NCBI GenBank assembly: GCA_964645815.1
Contig: CAZYCR010000003.1
Coordinates: 1-36,930, forward strand
Length of the DNA: 36,930 nucleotides
Direction: 5' to 3'
Source: an uncultured Gammaproteobacteria bacterium
Lineage (GTDB): Bacteria > Patescibacteriota > Patescibacteriia > UBA9934
Shown: one piece after another, positions 9,724 through 17,117 of the stretch
Numbering within the stretch: the first letter of the stretch is position 1
Layout: the number at the start of each line of letters is the position of its first letter
Translations under genes and position numbers: made by a program
The notes under the pieces: generated by a model
What the model saw: only the letters and a program-made list of their open reading frames with translations
What the model was told of the DNA's origin: nothing
Database searches by the model: none

Positions 9724-10296
9724 TTATTCTTCGGTCAGGTTTTCAGTTAAACTTTCGATACCGACTTTGAAAGCCTGATTAATTTTTTCAGCAACGGTCG
9801 CAGTCACCTTAGGCAATGATTCTTGTTCCTGATTATCGAATTTTGAGAGCACCCAATCTTCCAATAACATTGGTTCTACAGGTTCTCCAATACCAACTCG
9901 CAAACGGACAAAATCTTCTTGACCAAGTTGTTCAATGAGTGATTTTATTCCATTGTGTCCGCCAGCTGAACCTTCCAGACGAATACGCAAAGTTCCAAAA
10001 GGCAAGGCAGCATCATCATAGACTACCCAAATTTGTGCTGCGTCGGTCAATTTAAATTTCGCCGCTGCTTTTTGGACAGCTTCGCCAGAGCGGTTCATAA
10101 AAGTTTCAGGCTTCAATAAAATAATTTTTTCGCCGGAAAGATTAGTCTCAACAATGGCGGCGTCGAGGTCGTTGTCTCTGCTAAATTTTACATCCAAAAT
10201 TTCTGCCAAACGATCAAGAACCATGTAGCCCATGTTGTGTCTGGTGTTTTTATATTGTTCATCGGGATTTCCCAGTCCAACGATTAATTTAGTCAT
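9724..10296 (-). CDS. pth: peptidyl-tRNA hydrolase
   Basis: Signature LIVGLGNPDEQYKNTRHNMG and GGHNGIKS. ATG at 10296 gives a canonical N-terminus (MTKLIVGLGNP). It overlaps the der stop by 8 nt. The longer track ORF (to 10350) runs into der. Confidence 0.88.
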   Translation of the reverse strand: MTKLIVGLGNPDEQYKNTRHNMGYMVLDRLAEILDVKFSRDNDLDAAIVETNLSGEKIILLKPETFMNRSGEAVQKAAAKFKLTDAAQIWVVYDDAALPFGTLRIRLEGSAGGHNGIKSLIEQLGQEDFVRLRVGIGEPVEPMLLEDWVLSKFDNQEQESLPKVTATVAEKINQAFKVGIESLTENLTEE

Positions 10297-11686
10297 ACTT
10301 TTCATATTCTTGACCAGTAATGGAACGTTTACGTTCACCGGCGCCGACAATTACCCTAATAGGTGTGCCATCGAAACCGTACTGGTCGCGTAATTGATTT
10401 TCTAGGTAGCGCAAATATGTTTCATTAAGCGCTGTTTTGTATCTTTGTTTGAGTCCCAAACGGAAGGTTGGCGGATTAACGTCAATTTGATGGAAGGAAG
10501 TGATTTTTGGATAAGCCGGCCCAGTTCCTTTGCTTGGTAAATGCTTTTTAATCGCCTTGCTGATGAATTGATAGGTTTCGCGATGATCAAGCTCGGTAAA
10601 GCGATTTTGGTAAACTTCATCGATCAAATTAAAGAGACCCTGAACACGCTTACCGGTTATGGCTGAAGTGAAAACAATCGGCGCATAATCCAGTTGTGGT
10701 AAATTACCCCGAATGTAGTCTTCGAATTTATTGATCGTTTTTGAATCTTTGTCAGGAATCTGATCCCATTTGTTGGCAATAATAATCACGCTAGCTTTTC
10801 CTTCGGCGATTTCACCGGCCAGATGTTTGTCTTGAGTTTGGATTGATTTGGTAACATCGATGACAAAAAGAATAACGTGAGCTCTTTTTACGGCTTGCAA
10901 TGAACGATGAACACCGGCAATCTCCAACTCTGATTTACCGGCTTTCATTTTAGCAGTCTTGCGCATGCCGGCCGTATCAATGAGGAGATAGGTTTTACCG
11001 TCAACATGAATAACAGTGTCGTTTGGTTCTCGAGTTGTGTGTTCTTTTTCTGAGGTAATGAAACGATGATGACCCACGAGAGAATTGAGAAGTGTTGATT
11101 TACCAACATTTGGTTTACCAAGTACGGCTACTCTGATTGCCATCAGTTCTTGAATTTCAACAGCCGGATTATTGACTTCATCGAGCGCTTCAAAGACTCG
11201 GTCCAAAAGATCACCAGTACCCGATCCACGTGAAGCAGAAATTGGCAGTGGTGTTCCCAAATTCCATTTGTACCATTCTTTTTCGCCGGCTAAGGAGCGG
11301 AGTTTAACAGTATCGGCCTTGTTGCCAGCCAAAATCACTGGCTTGTTACTTTTCATCAGTTCTTTAGCCAGTTGACGATCATCGTCTTGGAGTCCGCTGG
11401 TGAGGTCAACAACAAAAATTATGGCCGCAGCTTCTTTGATCGCCAAGCGGGCTTGTTCAATAGTTTCGGCATCAACTTTAGCTGCCGGATTAATATCCAT
11501 GCCGCCTGTGTCAATGAGCCGGATAACTCGACCGCGCCACAAACAATCAGCTTCAAAACGATCTCTGGTGGTTCCAGGGATCTTAGAAACTAAGGACTTT
11601 TGCTTTTCGATCAGTCGGTTAAAAAGAGTTGACTTACCAACATTAACGCGACCGATGATAGCTACTTTTGGCGGTTGAACGGTCAT
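10289..11686 (-). CDS. der: ribosome-associated GTPase Der/EngA
   Basis: Two tandem GTPase domains (GRVNVGKSTLFN..DTGG..NKAD and GKPNVGKSTLLN..DTAG..NKWD) plus a KH-like C-terminus. Confidence 0.92.
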   Translation of the reverse strand: MTVQPPKVAIIGRVNVGKSTLFNRLIEKQKSLVSKIPGTTRDRFEADCLWRGRVIRLIDTGGMDINPAAKVDAETIEQARLAIKEAAAIIFVVDLTSGLQDDDRQLAKELMKSNKPVILAGNKADTVKLRSLAGEKEWYKWNLGTPLPISASRGSGTGDLLDRVFEALDEVNNPAVEIQELMAIRVAVLGKPNVGKSTLLNSLVGHHRFITSEKEHTTREPNDTVIHVDGKTYLLIDTAGMRKTAKMKAGKSELEIAGVHRSLQAVKRAHVILFVIDVTKSIQTQDKHLAGEIAEGKASVIIIANKWDQIPDKDSKTINKFEDYIRGNLPQLDYAPIVFTSAITGKRVQGLFNLIDEVYQNRFTELDHRETYQFISKAIKKHLPSKGTGPAYPKITSFHQIDVNPPTFRLGLKQRYKTALNETYLRYLENQLRDQYGFDGTPIRVIVGAGERKRSITGQEYEKYD

Positions 11687-11730
11687 GAGAAAATTTTTTG
11701 GCCAAGCAGGCCAGGGTCCAATTAAACTAA

Positions 11731-13200
11731 TTAGCGATAGACAAGATTCTCCGCAGTTTGGCCTAAAATAACCAAAAAGTCAATTGGTTCATCGGTAGTA
11801 ATCAAATCTTCTCCTGGTGTGGCAATAGTCAGCTCTCGTGGTACCACTTCATCGGCAAAAATCCAGCCTGTGGCTGACATAGAGACATCAGCCTCGAGAA
11901 AATCTTTGAGGATGGCCAATTCCTCAGCTTTCTTACCCTCGGTTAGGTCGTAAATGATCGTTTGTTCGTAGCCCTTGGAATCTGCGTTGCCGATCTGGCG
12001 TACGTCAAAGCCGGCGCTCATGAGCATTTGCGAAGTTTGAAAAGCAAGACCAGCAACACTGGTGCCATTTTGAATTTCGATGCGAACCGGTTCGGCGGCC
12101 AAACTTTTTATGGTTGAACTATCGTCAGCTTCGGCACTGTAAATGTTGGCAGCAATTTCTCGTACCTGTGACCAATCGTCACGTTTTGGCAAAAGGACGT
12201 AAGCGCCGTTGATGTTAGTCTCGTAAAGTGGACTGTCTGGGCTAGAGTCCAAAACTGTCAGATGAATATTGTCGGTACTGACGTCTGGAGCAAAACGAGC
12301 CAGCTTAGTCATTTCCCAAAAGGTCAAATTAGTTTCAACGTTGTCTTGGAAAGTCTGAATGATTTTGTTGAGTTTACCAGGGCTCAAAAGTACAGCTGGA
12401 GAGAGAACCTTTTCTTTAACGGCTAAGAGAATCTTTTGTTGTCGCTCGGCGCGGGCAAAGTCTGAACCTTCACCATTGGTACCGTGACGCGAACGAGCAA
12501 ACTTCAAAGCCGTCGATCCATCCATATGTGTCCAGCCTTCATCGAATTCAATTGTCTCCACCAAATAGTCATCGGTTGGATACGTATAGTCGGCAAAGCT
12601 ACGATCAACATAAACATCGATGCCGCCAACGGCGTCGATCAACTCTTCAAAACCATCAAAGTCAACTTTTACAGTGTAGTGAATTTTTTGGTCAACTATT
12701 TCTCCAACCAAATTCGCAGTTTCTTCTATACCACTTCCAGGATTTTCCATTTCAGCGTAAGCATTAACGGAATTAATCTTGCGATATCCGTAGTCAGGAA
12801 TTGGGACAACCAAGTCACGTGGAATAGACAATAAACCCACTTCCGAAGTTGACGGTTGGAAACTGCCGAACATAATCGTGTCAGTCAGCTCCGGACCTTC
12901 GTGGCCTTCGCCGCCAATACCCAAGAGCAGGAAGTTAATGCGATCATCTTCTTCACCAACCAAATCTTTTTCACCAGAGGTCACCAGATTTTTAAATGAG
13001 GAGAAAAGGGAAAGGCTTGGATCACTGCCATTTTGGGTTGGCACTTTGATTTGGAAGGAAAGAGCAATACCGGTCATGGCCAAGAAAACAAAAACAATAA
13101 CCACCGCTTTTAAGGCGGTCCGGTGCTTTTTTTGGCTCTGACGATCAGGTACTAGCTGATACTTCTTCTTAAGAAAATCAACGGATTTTTCTTCGTCCAT
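11731..13200 (-). CDS. LytR-CpsA-Psr (LCP) family cell-envelope phosphotransferase with C-terminal LytR_C-like domain
   Basis: N-terminal TM helix. LCP core INFLLLGIGG..TDTIMF..SIPRDL..KINSVNAY..KFARSRH. Confidence 0.85.
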   Translation of the reverse strand: MDEEKSVDFLKKKYQLVPDRQSQKKHRTALKAVVIVFVFLAMTGIALSFQIKVPTQNGSDPSLSLFSSFKNLVTSGEKDLVGEEDDRINFLLLGIGGEGHEGPELTDTIMFGSFQPSTSEVGLLSIPRDLVVPIPDYGYRKINSVNAYAEMENPGSGIEETANLVGEIVDQKIHYTVKVDFDGFEELIDAVGGIDVYVDRSFADYTYPTDDYLVETIEFDEGWTHMDGSTALKFARSRHGTNGEGSDFARAERQQKILLAVKEKVLSPAVLLSPGKLNKIIQTFQDNVETNLTFWEMTKLARFAPDVSTDNIHLTVLDSSPDSPLYETNINGAYVLLPKRDDWSQVREIAANIYSAEADDSSTIKSLAAEPVRIEIQNGTSVAGLAFQTSQMLMSAGFDVRQIGNADSKGYEQTIIYDLTEGKKAEELAILKDFLEADVSMSATGWIFADEVVPRELTIATPGEDLITTDEPIDFLVILGQTAENLVYR

Positions 13201-13250
13201 AAGATGGGATTATTGTAGCAGATAGCCCTGGGTTTGGCGAGAGGGAAAAT

Positions 13251-13279
13251 TTGCATTTTGCTTATTTTTATGCTATCTT
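13251..13279 (+). promoter_or_regulatory. putative promoter of lepB-hisS (TTGCAT-N17-TATCTT)
   Basis: -35 at 13251-13256, 17-nt spacer, -10 at 13274-13279. The ATG at 13289 is only 9 nt after the -10. Confidence 0.4.
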
Positions 13280-13288
13280 TCCTGTAAT

Positions 13289-13900
13289 ATGCTTTTTTAC
13301 CGTAAAAACGCAGACCAAGAGCCATGGGTTTTCCGAGTTTTTGGTGCTTCTTTGGGAGCTGTTGTTTTATTTTTGATCGAAGTTGTTCAGATCGTTATTC
13401 TGGCAGCGGCAATCATTATTCCGGTCCGCTACTTTTTGATTCAACCGTTTGTAGTTACCGGCGCTTCCATGGAACCAAACTTTTACGACAGCGAATACTT
13501 GATCATCGACGAGGTCTCTTATCGCTTGCGCGATATTCATCGCGGCGAGATCGTGGTCTTTAGACCACCGAACAGTCCGGAGTCATTCTATATTAAAAGA
13601 GTGATCGGTTTGCCAGGAGAGACTGTTCAGATCTTGGAAGGTGAAATTACAATTTTCAATGACGATTATCCAAACGGCAAAGTCTTGGTTGAAGATTATA
13701 TTGAAGACTACACCAGTGGTCAGGTTAGAGTGACACTTGGTTTGAATGAATATTATTTGTTGGGCGATAATCGTGATGCCAGTCTAGACTCGAGAAAGAT
13801 TGGTCCGATTTCGGCAGACAACATTGTTGGCAGAGTTTGGTTGCGTGGTTTACCACTCGAGCGACTCGGTACAATTTCAAGTCCGGATTATACATTTTAA
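13289..13900 (+). CDS. lepB: signal peptidase I (S26)
   Basis: N-terminal TM helix. Catalytic boxes GASMEPN, YIKRVIGLPGE, GDNRDASLDSR. Confidence 0.9.
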   Translation: MLFYRKNADQEPWVFRVFGASLGAVVLFLIEVVQIVILAAAIIIPVRYFLIQPFVVTGASMEPNFYDSEYLIIDEVSYRLRDIHRGEIVVFRPPNSPESFYIKRVIGLPGETVQILEGEITIFNDDYPNGKVLVEDYIEDYTSGQVRVTLGLNEYYLLGDNRDASLDSRKIGPISADNIVGRVWLRGLPLERLGTISSPDYTF

Positions 13901-13901
13901 T

Positions 13902-15221
13902 ATGCCTAAGAAAGCAACGAAAAAAGACTCGGAGGACGCTAAGAAATCAAAGACGCCAACGCTCCTGCGAGGTTTTCGCGATATCTTGCCAGAAGAACAG
14001 TTGATCTGGGAAAAGATTGAGAGTGTGGCTACCAACTTGTCCAATGCCTACAGCTTTGGCAGAATTCGTTTACCACTTTTGGAGAAACGAAATCTTTTTG
14101 AACGAACAGTCGGTAAGGGAACAGACATAGTTGAAAAAGAATTGTTTTCATTCGAAGATCAAGGCGGCGACAAGGTTGCCTTGCGACCGGAAGCGACAGC
14201 ACAAATTGCTCGTGCCTACATAGAGCACGGTATGGTCAACAAACCACAACCAGTGAAACTTTGGTACTTTGGTCCAATGTTCCGCTACGATCGGCCGCAA
14301 GCCGGCAGATACCGACAGTTTTGGCAATGGGGTTTGGAGGCACTTGGCTCCGATGATCCGATTTTGGACGCGCAACTGATTTTGATTATTGATCGTTTCT
14401 TTAAAGAGTTGGGACTCAACGTAACTTTTAAGATCAATTCTTTGGGAACTGTTGAAACTCGCCGTGAATATGTCATGGAATTGGTGAGTTACTTTAAGCA
14501 ATTCAGAAAGAAATTATCAGAAGTAGATAAAAAACGTTTGACCAAGAATCCTCTGCGGCTTTTGGATTCAAAAGAGGAAGGAATGGCTGAACTTAAAGTC
14601 GATGCTCCGCAGATTGTTGATTGGCTCGATGACGATTCAAAACAGCATTTCATGAAAGTGATCGAGTACTTAGATGACGCCGAAGTTACTTATGAGCTCG
14701 ATCCATTCTTGGTTCGTGGACTAGATTACTACAACCGCACAGTTTTTGAGATTGTTTTAACCGGCGATGACGACAGTTTGTCTCAGAATTCTTTGGGTGG
14801 CGGAGGACGCTACGATGATTTGGTGCCGCAGCTTGGTGGTCGCGAAGGAGTTGGCGCAGTTGGCGCAGCGATTGGTATTGAACGTGTGGTCTTAGCTTTA
14901 AAGGAAGCTGGCTTGGAAATGCCCAAGCAACGACAGGTTGATGTCTTCTTCTGTCAGTTGGGTGATGCAGCTCGCCGCAAAGGTCTTATGATTTTTGAAG
15001 AGTTCCGAAAGGCAAATATTTCGATCGCTGAAGCTTTTGGTAAAGGTTCGCTCAAAGCTCAGCTGGAAGCTGCGGATAAGCAAGCAGCTCGGATTGCTTT
15101 GATCTTGGGACAAAAAGAAGTGCTCGATGAAACAATTATTGTTCGCGATATGGATTCCGGCGCACAAGAAATTGTTGATGTGAGAAAAGTGGTGGATATT
15201 GTTAAAAAGCAGTTGGGATAA
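13902..15221 (+). CDS. hisS: histidine--tRNA ligase
   Basis: LLRGFRDILPEE, ALRPEATAQIARAY, FGPMFRYDRPQAGRYRQF, GGGGRYDDL, and an anticodon-binding C-terminus. The ATG at 13902 is 1 nt after the lepB stop. The track start at 13800 overlaps lepB and is rejected. Confidence 0.92.
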   Translation: MPKKATKKDSEDAKKSKTPTLLRGFRDILPEEQLIWEKIESVATNLSNAYSFGRIRLPLLEKRNLFERTVGKGTDIVEKELFSFEDQGGDKVALRPEATAQIARAYIEHGMVNKPQPVKLWYFGPMFRYDRPQAGRYRQFWQWGLEALGSDDPILDAQLILIIDRFFKELGLNVTFKINSLGTVETRREYVMELVSYFKQFRKKLSEVDKKRLTKNPLRLLDSKEEGMAELKVDAPQIVDWLDDDSKQHFMKVIEYLDDAEVTYELDPFLVRGLDYYNRTVFEIVLTGDDDSLSQNSLGGGGRYDDLVPQLGGREGVGAVGAAIGIERVVLALKEAGLEMPKQRQVDVFFCQLGDAARRKGLMIFEEFRKANISIAEAFGKGSLKAQLEAADKQAARIALILGQKEVLDETIIVRDMDSGAQEIVDVRKVVDIVKKQLG

Positions 15222-15240
15222 AAGAAGAAAAATTTAAACA

Positions 15241-15270
15241 AAAAGCAGGCTAGAAAAAGCCTGTTTTTTT
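15241..15270 (+). terminator. intrinsic terminator after hisS
   Basis: aaaagcaggc-tagaaaaa-gcctgttttttt hairpin followed by a T-run. Confidence 0.75.
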
Positions 15271-15298
15271 GTTTTAGGCCAAATTTGACTATTTTATA

Positions 15299-15327
15299 TT
15301 GACAAAAGCGAAATTTTATGCTAGATT
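15299..15327 (+). promoter_or_regulatory. promoter of GC-rich orphan A (TTGACA-N17-TAGATT)
   Basis: Consensus -35 at 15299-15304, 17-nt spacer, -10 at 15322-15327. GGAGG sits at 15342-15346, 6 nt before the ATG at 15353. Confidence 0.55.
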
Positions 15328-15352
15328 ATTACGTCAAAGTTGGAGGTTTGGC

Positions 15353-15700
15353 ATGTCCGAAGAAAACCGGGCAGATCTCGAGATCTGCTTCAAGAACTAC
15401 GTCTACGCCCTGCGGCCCACGCCGTACGGCAAGCTGAAGAAGCTGTTCCGGAGGGAGTCGGTGCACGGGTCAACCGTGTGCTGGATTTTCTCCGACGACA
15501 AGGAGTTCCCGGCCAGTGGCACGGTCGAGAAGCTGGAGGAGATTCGAACCTTCAGCCGCGAGCTCGGACTGAAGATCGTCGGTTCCGAGTTCCACGTACC
15601 GTGCTCGAGTGGCTGGTACGAGAAGGACCTCGACGAGGCTGATTACCGTATCTTCCGCTTCCCGCCCACGCGCGAGAAGTTTGAGGAAGCGCTAGACTGA
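15353..15700 (+). CDS. GC-rich orphan protein A (115 aa), unknown function
   Basis: ATG preceded by GGAGG. 96 of 115 codons end in G or C by hand count. Two 60-nt lines give 34/60 and 38/60 G+C. The track start at 15299 is a TTG lying inside the promoter. I recognise no family. Confidence 0.65.
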   Translation: MSEENRADLEICFKNYVYALRPTPYGKLKKLFRRESVHGSTVCWIFSDDKEFPASGTVEKLEEIRTFSRELGLKIVGSEFHVPCSSGWYEKDLDEADYRIFRFPPTREKFEEALD

Positions 15701-15748
15701 CCGCCCCAGAAAAGACCAACTCGGTCTTTCCGGGGCGGTCTTTTCTTA
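15701..15748 (+). terminator. strong intrinsic terminator after orphan A
   Basis: ccgccccagaaaagacc-aactc-ggtctttccggggcgg long GC-rich stem followed by tcttttctt. Confidence 0.75.
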
Positions 15749-15751
15749 TAC

Positions 15752-15780
15752 TTGACTAAAGTCAGCAAATTTGATACATT
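15752..15780 (+). promoter_or_regulatory. promoter of rpsU (TTGACT-N17-TACATT)
   Basis: -35 at 15752-15757, 17-nt spacer, -10 at 15775-15780. Purine-rich SD aaaagggg lies ahead of the ATG at 15807. Confidence 0.5.
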
Positions 15781-15806
15781 CTAGCCACCTAGAAAAGGGG
15801 AAACAC

Positions 15807-16055
15807 ATGTCTACAATCGATATCAAACGGAAGAAAGGTGAAAGTTTTGAAGCAATGTTTCGACGTTTTAGTCGACGCTTGCAGCAAAGCGGAAAAGTGC
15901 TCAGTTTACGATCTCGACGGACTCATTTGAGAAAGCCGAATCATAATAAAGTGCACGAAAGCGCCTTACGACGTTTGGAGATGGGGGCCAAGCGAGAGTA
16001 TCTGCTTCGATCAGGTAAACTGATTGAAGAAGATCGTCGCAGCCACCGCAGATAG
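15807..16055 (+). CDS. rpsU: 30S ribosomal protein bS21
   Basis: 82-aa, very basic. FEAMFRRFSRRLQQSGKV..RSRRTHLRKP fits the bS21 pattern. The track start at 15771 is a non-ATG upstream extension. Confidence 0.85.
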   Translation: MSTIDIKRKKGESFEAMFRRFSRRLQQSGKVLSLRSRRTHLRKPNHNKVHESALRRLEMGAKREYLLRSGKLIEEDRRSHRR

Positions 16056-16065
16056 TGTTTCTTTG

Positions 16066-16146
16066 GAAAACAGGCCCTTAATGCAATCCTGAACGAAGTG
16101 AAGGATCTCTCAAATCGGAGTTGCGTCAAGGGTCTGTTTTCTTTTT
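16066..16146 (+). terminator. long-stem terminator-like hairpin in the rpsU 3' region, carrying the dispersed repeat in its loop
   Basis: gaaaacaggccc (16066-16077) pairs with gggtctgttttc (16130-16141) over 12 bp including one G-U. A ttttt run follows. The 52-nt loop contains the inner hairpin ATCCT/AGGAT. Confidence 0.5.
16086..16108 (+). repeat. dispersed 23-nt hairpin repeat, copy 1 (atcctgaacgaagtgaaggatct)
   Basis: Exact reverse-complement match to 26558-26580. Confidence 0.9.
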
Positions 16147-16180
16147 GATAAAAGCAAAGGCCGACCCAGAGGGGTCGGCC
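16147..16180 (-). terminator. intrinsic terminator of GC-rich orphan B
   Basis: On the - strand: ggccgacccc-tctg-ggtcggcc stem, then tttgcttttatc. Confidence 0.7.
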
Positions 16181-16193
16181 CGTAGAACGAGAA

Positions 16194-16559
16194 CTAGATG
16201 GTGATGACGATGGAGACATCGCTGACGTCGCAATCCGTACATGAGTTGAACTTGGGATCGTCGAAGGTCTTCATGTGCTTCTGGCGATCTTCGGGACGAT
16301 CATGATCTTCGGGGCCGACGAACTGCTCGCGTGTCACGACGCAGAGGCAGTCGGAGCAGCCGAGCAGAAACTCGTCGGCCACATCCCAAACCTGCTTGGC
16401 GTCGATGGGCTCCTGGTTGATGACGATTGCCTCGTACAGACGGAGCTCGGAGTCGAGCGCCCCCACGACCGACAGCGCTCGGTTGCCGTTACAGGAGCTC
16501 ATGATCTTGAGGACGACCTTGCCGTCGTGGATCACGCTGATCACTGCTGCGATGCCCAT
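16194..16559 (-). CDS. GC-rich orphan protein B (121 aa), unknown function
   Basis: ATG at 16559 preceded by AGGAGAGG. Codons end overwhelmingly in G or C. The track start at 16607 lies upstream of the SD and is rejected. I recognise no family; the protein has several Cys residues (SSCNG, GCSDCLC, NSCTDCD). Confidence 0.65.
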   Translation of the reverse strand: MGIAAVISVIHDGKVVLKIMSSCNGNRALSVVGALDSELRLYEAIVINQEPIDAKQVWDVADEFLLGCSDCLCVVTREQFVGPEDHDRPEDRQKHMKTFDDPKFNSCTDCDVSDVSIVITI

Positions 16560-16586
16560 GTTCCTCTCCTGGTTAATGGACAGGGG

Positions 16587-16615
16587 AAGGTAACATATTT
16601 TTGGCAATCTGTCAA
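16587..16615 (-). promoter_or_regulatory. promoter of orphan B (TTGACA-N17-TACCTT on the - strand)
   Basis: tgtcaa at 16610-16615 and aaggta at 16587-16592 on the + strand, separated by 17 nt. Confidence 0.45.
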
Positions 16616-16674
16616 TGCTAGCTTACCAGAAGTATTTTTTGCCTTTTTGACCCGACTAGGGCAAAATTAAACGT

Positions 16675-17013
16675 ATGAAACATCTAGATAAGTATTTGAA
16701 TCAAGTTATTCACGTCACGATTGATCGACCAAAAGGGAGTAAACATCCTAAGTTTGATTTTGAATATCCAATTAACTACGGCTATATGCCAGATACTATT
16801 TCTGGTGATGGAAAAGAGATCGATGCGTATATTCTGGGAGTAGAAGAGCCATTAAAACAATTTACAGGGAAGTGCATTGCCATTATCGAACGCCACGATG
16901 ACGATGACCCGAAATTAGTGTTAGCCCCAGAAGGGATGATGTTTTCTGATGAAGAAATTATCAAAGCAGTGCATTTTCAGGAACAATGGTTTGATTCATA
17001 TATAAAACGTTAA
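16675..17013 (+). CDS. short inorganic-pyrophosphatase-like protein
   Basis: YPINYGYMPDT, GDGKEIDAYILG and DDDDPKLVLAP parallel the family I PPase blocks YPxNYGFIPxT, DGDPLDVLVL and DExDxKIIAV. At 112 aa it is shorter than canonical PPase. Confidence 0.6.
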   Translation: MKHLDKYLNQVIHVTIDRPKGSKHPKFDFEYPINYGYMPDTISGDGKEIDAYILGVEEPLKQFTGKCIAIIERHDDDDPKLVLAPEGMMFSDEEIIKAVHFQEQWFDSYIKR

Positions 17014-17040
17014 AAACCGCCCTCGGGCGGTTTTTGCTTT
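17012..17040 (+). terminator. intrinsic terminator after the PPase-like gene
   Basis: aaaaaccgcc-ctcg-ggcggttttt, then gctttt. Confidence 0.8.
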
Positions 17041-17077
17041 TCTCAGCCAATTATATAACCTCGTTAAGCTATGAAAT

Positions 17078-17106
17078 TTGACAACTTTTCCATAGATTGA
17101 TATTAT
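17078..17106 (+). promoter_or_regulatory. promoter of the type I R-M operon (TTGACA-N17-TATTAT)
   Basis: -35 at 17078-17083, 17-nt spacer, -10 at 17101-17106. The ATG at 17118 is 11 nt after the -10. The promoter is flanked and overlapped by CTATGAAA repeats. Confidence 0.55.
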
Positions 17107-17117
17107 CTCGATAACCT

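Noticed and set aside
15340-15642. 100-aa + strand ORF overlapping GC-rich orphan A in another frame. The same applies to + strand ORFs 16275..16670 and 16396..16593 opposite orphan B.
   Set aside because: These are Arg/Ala/Gly-rich translations typical of off-frame or antisense reading of GC3-rich genes. They have no SD. The chosen frames carry the G/C-ending codon signal and have an SD plus ATG.
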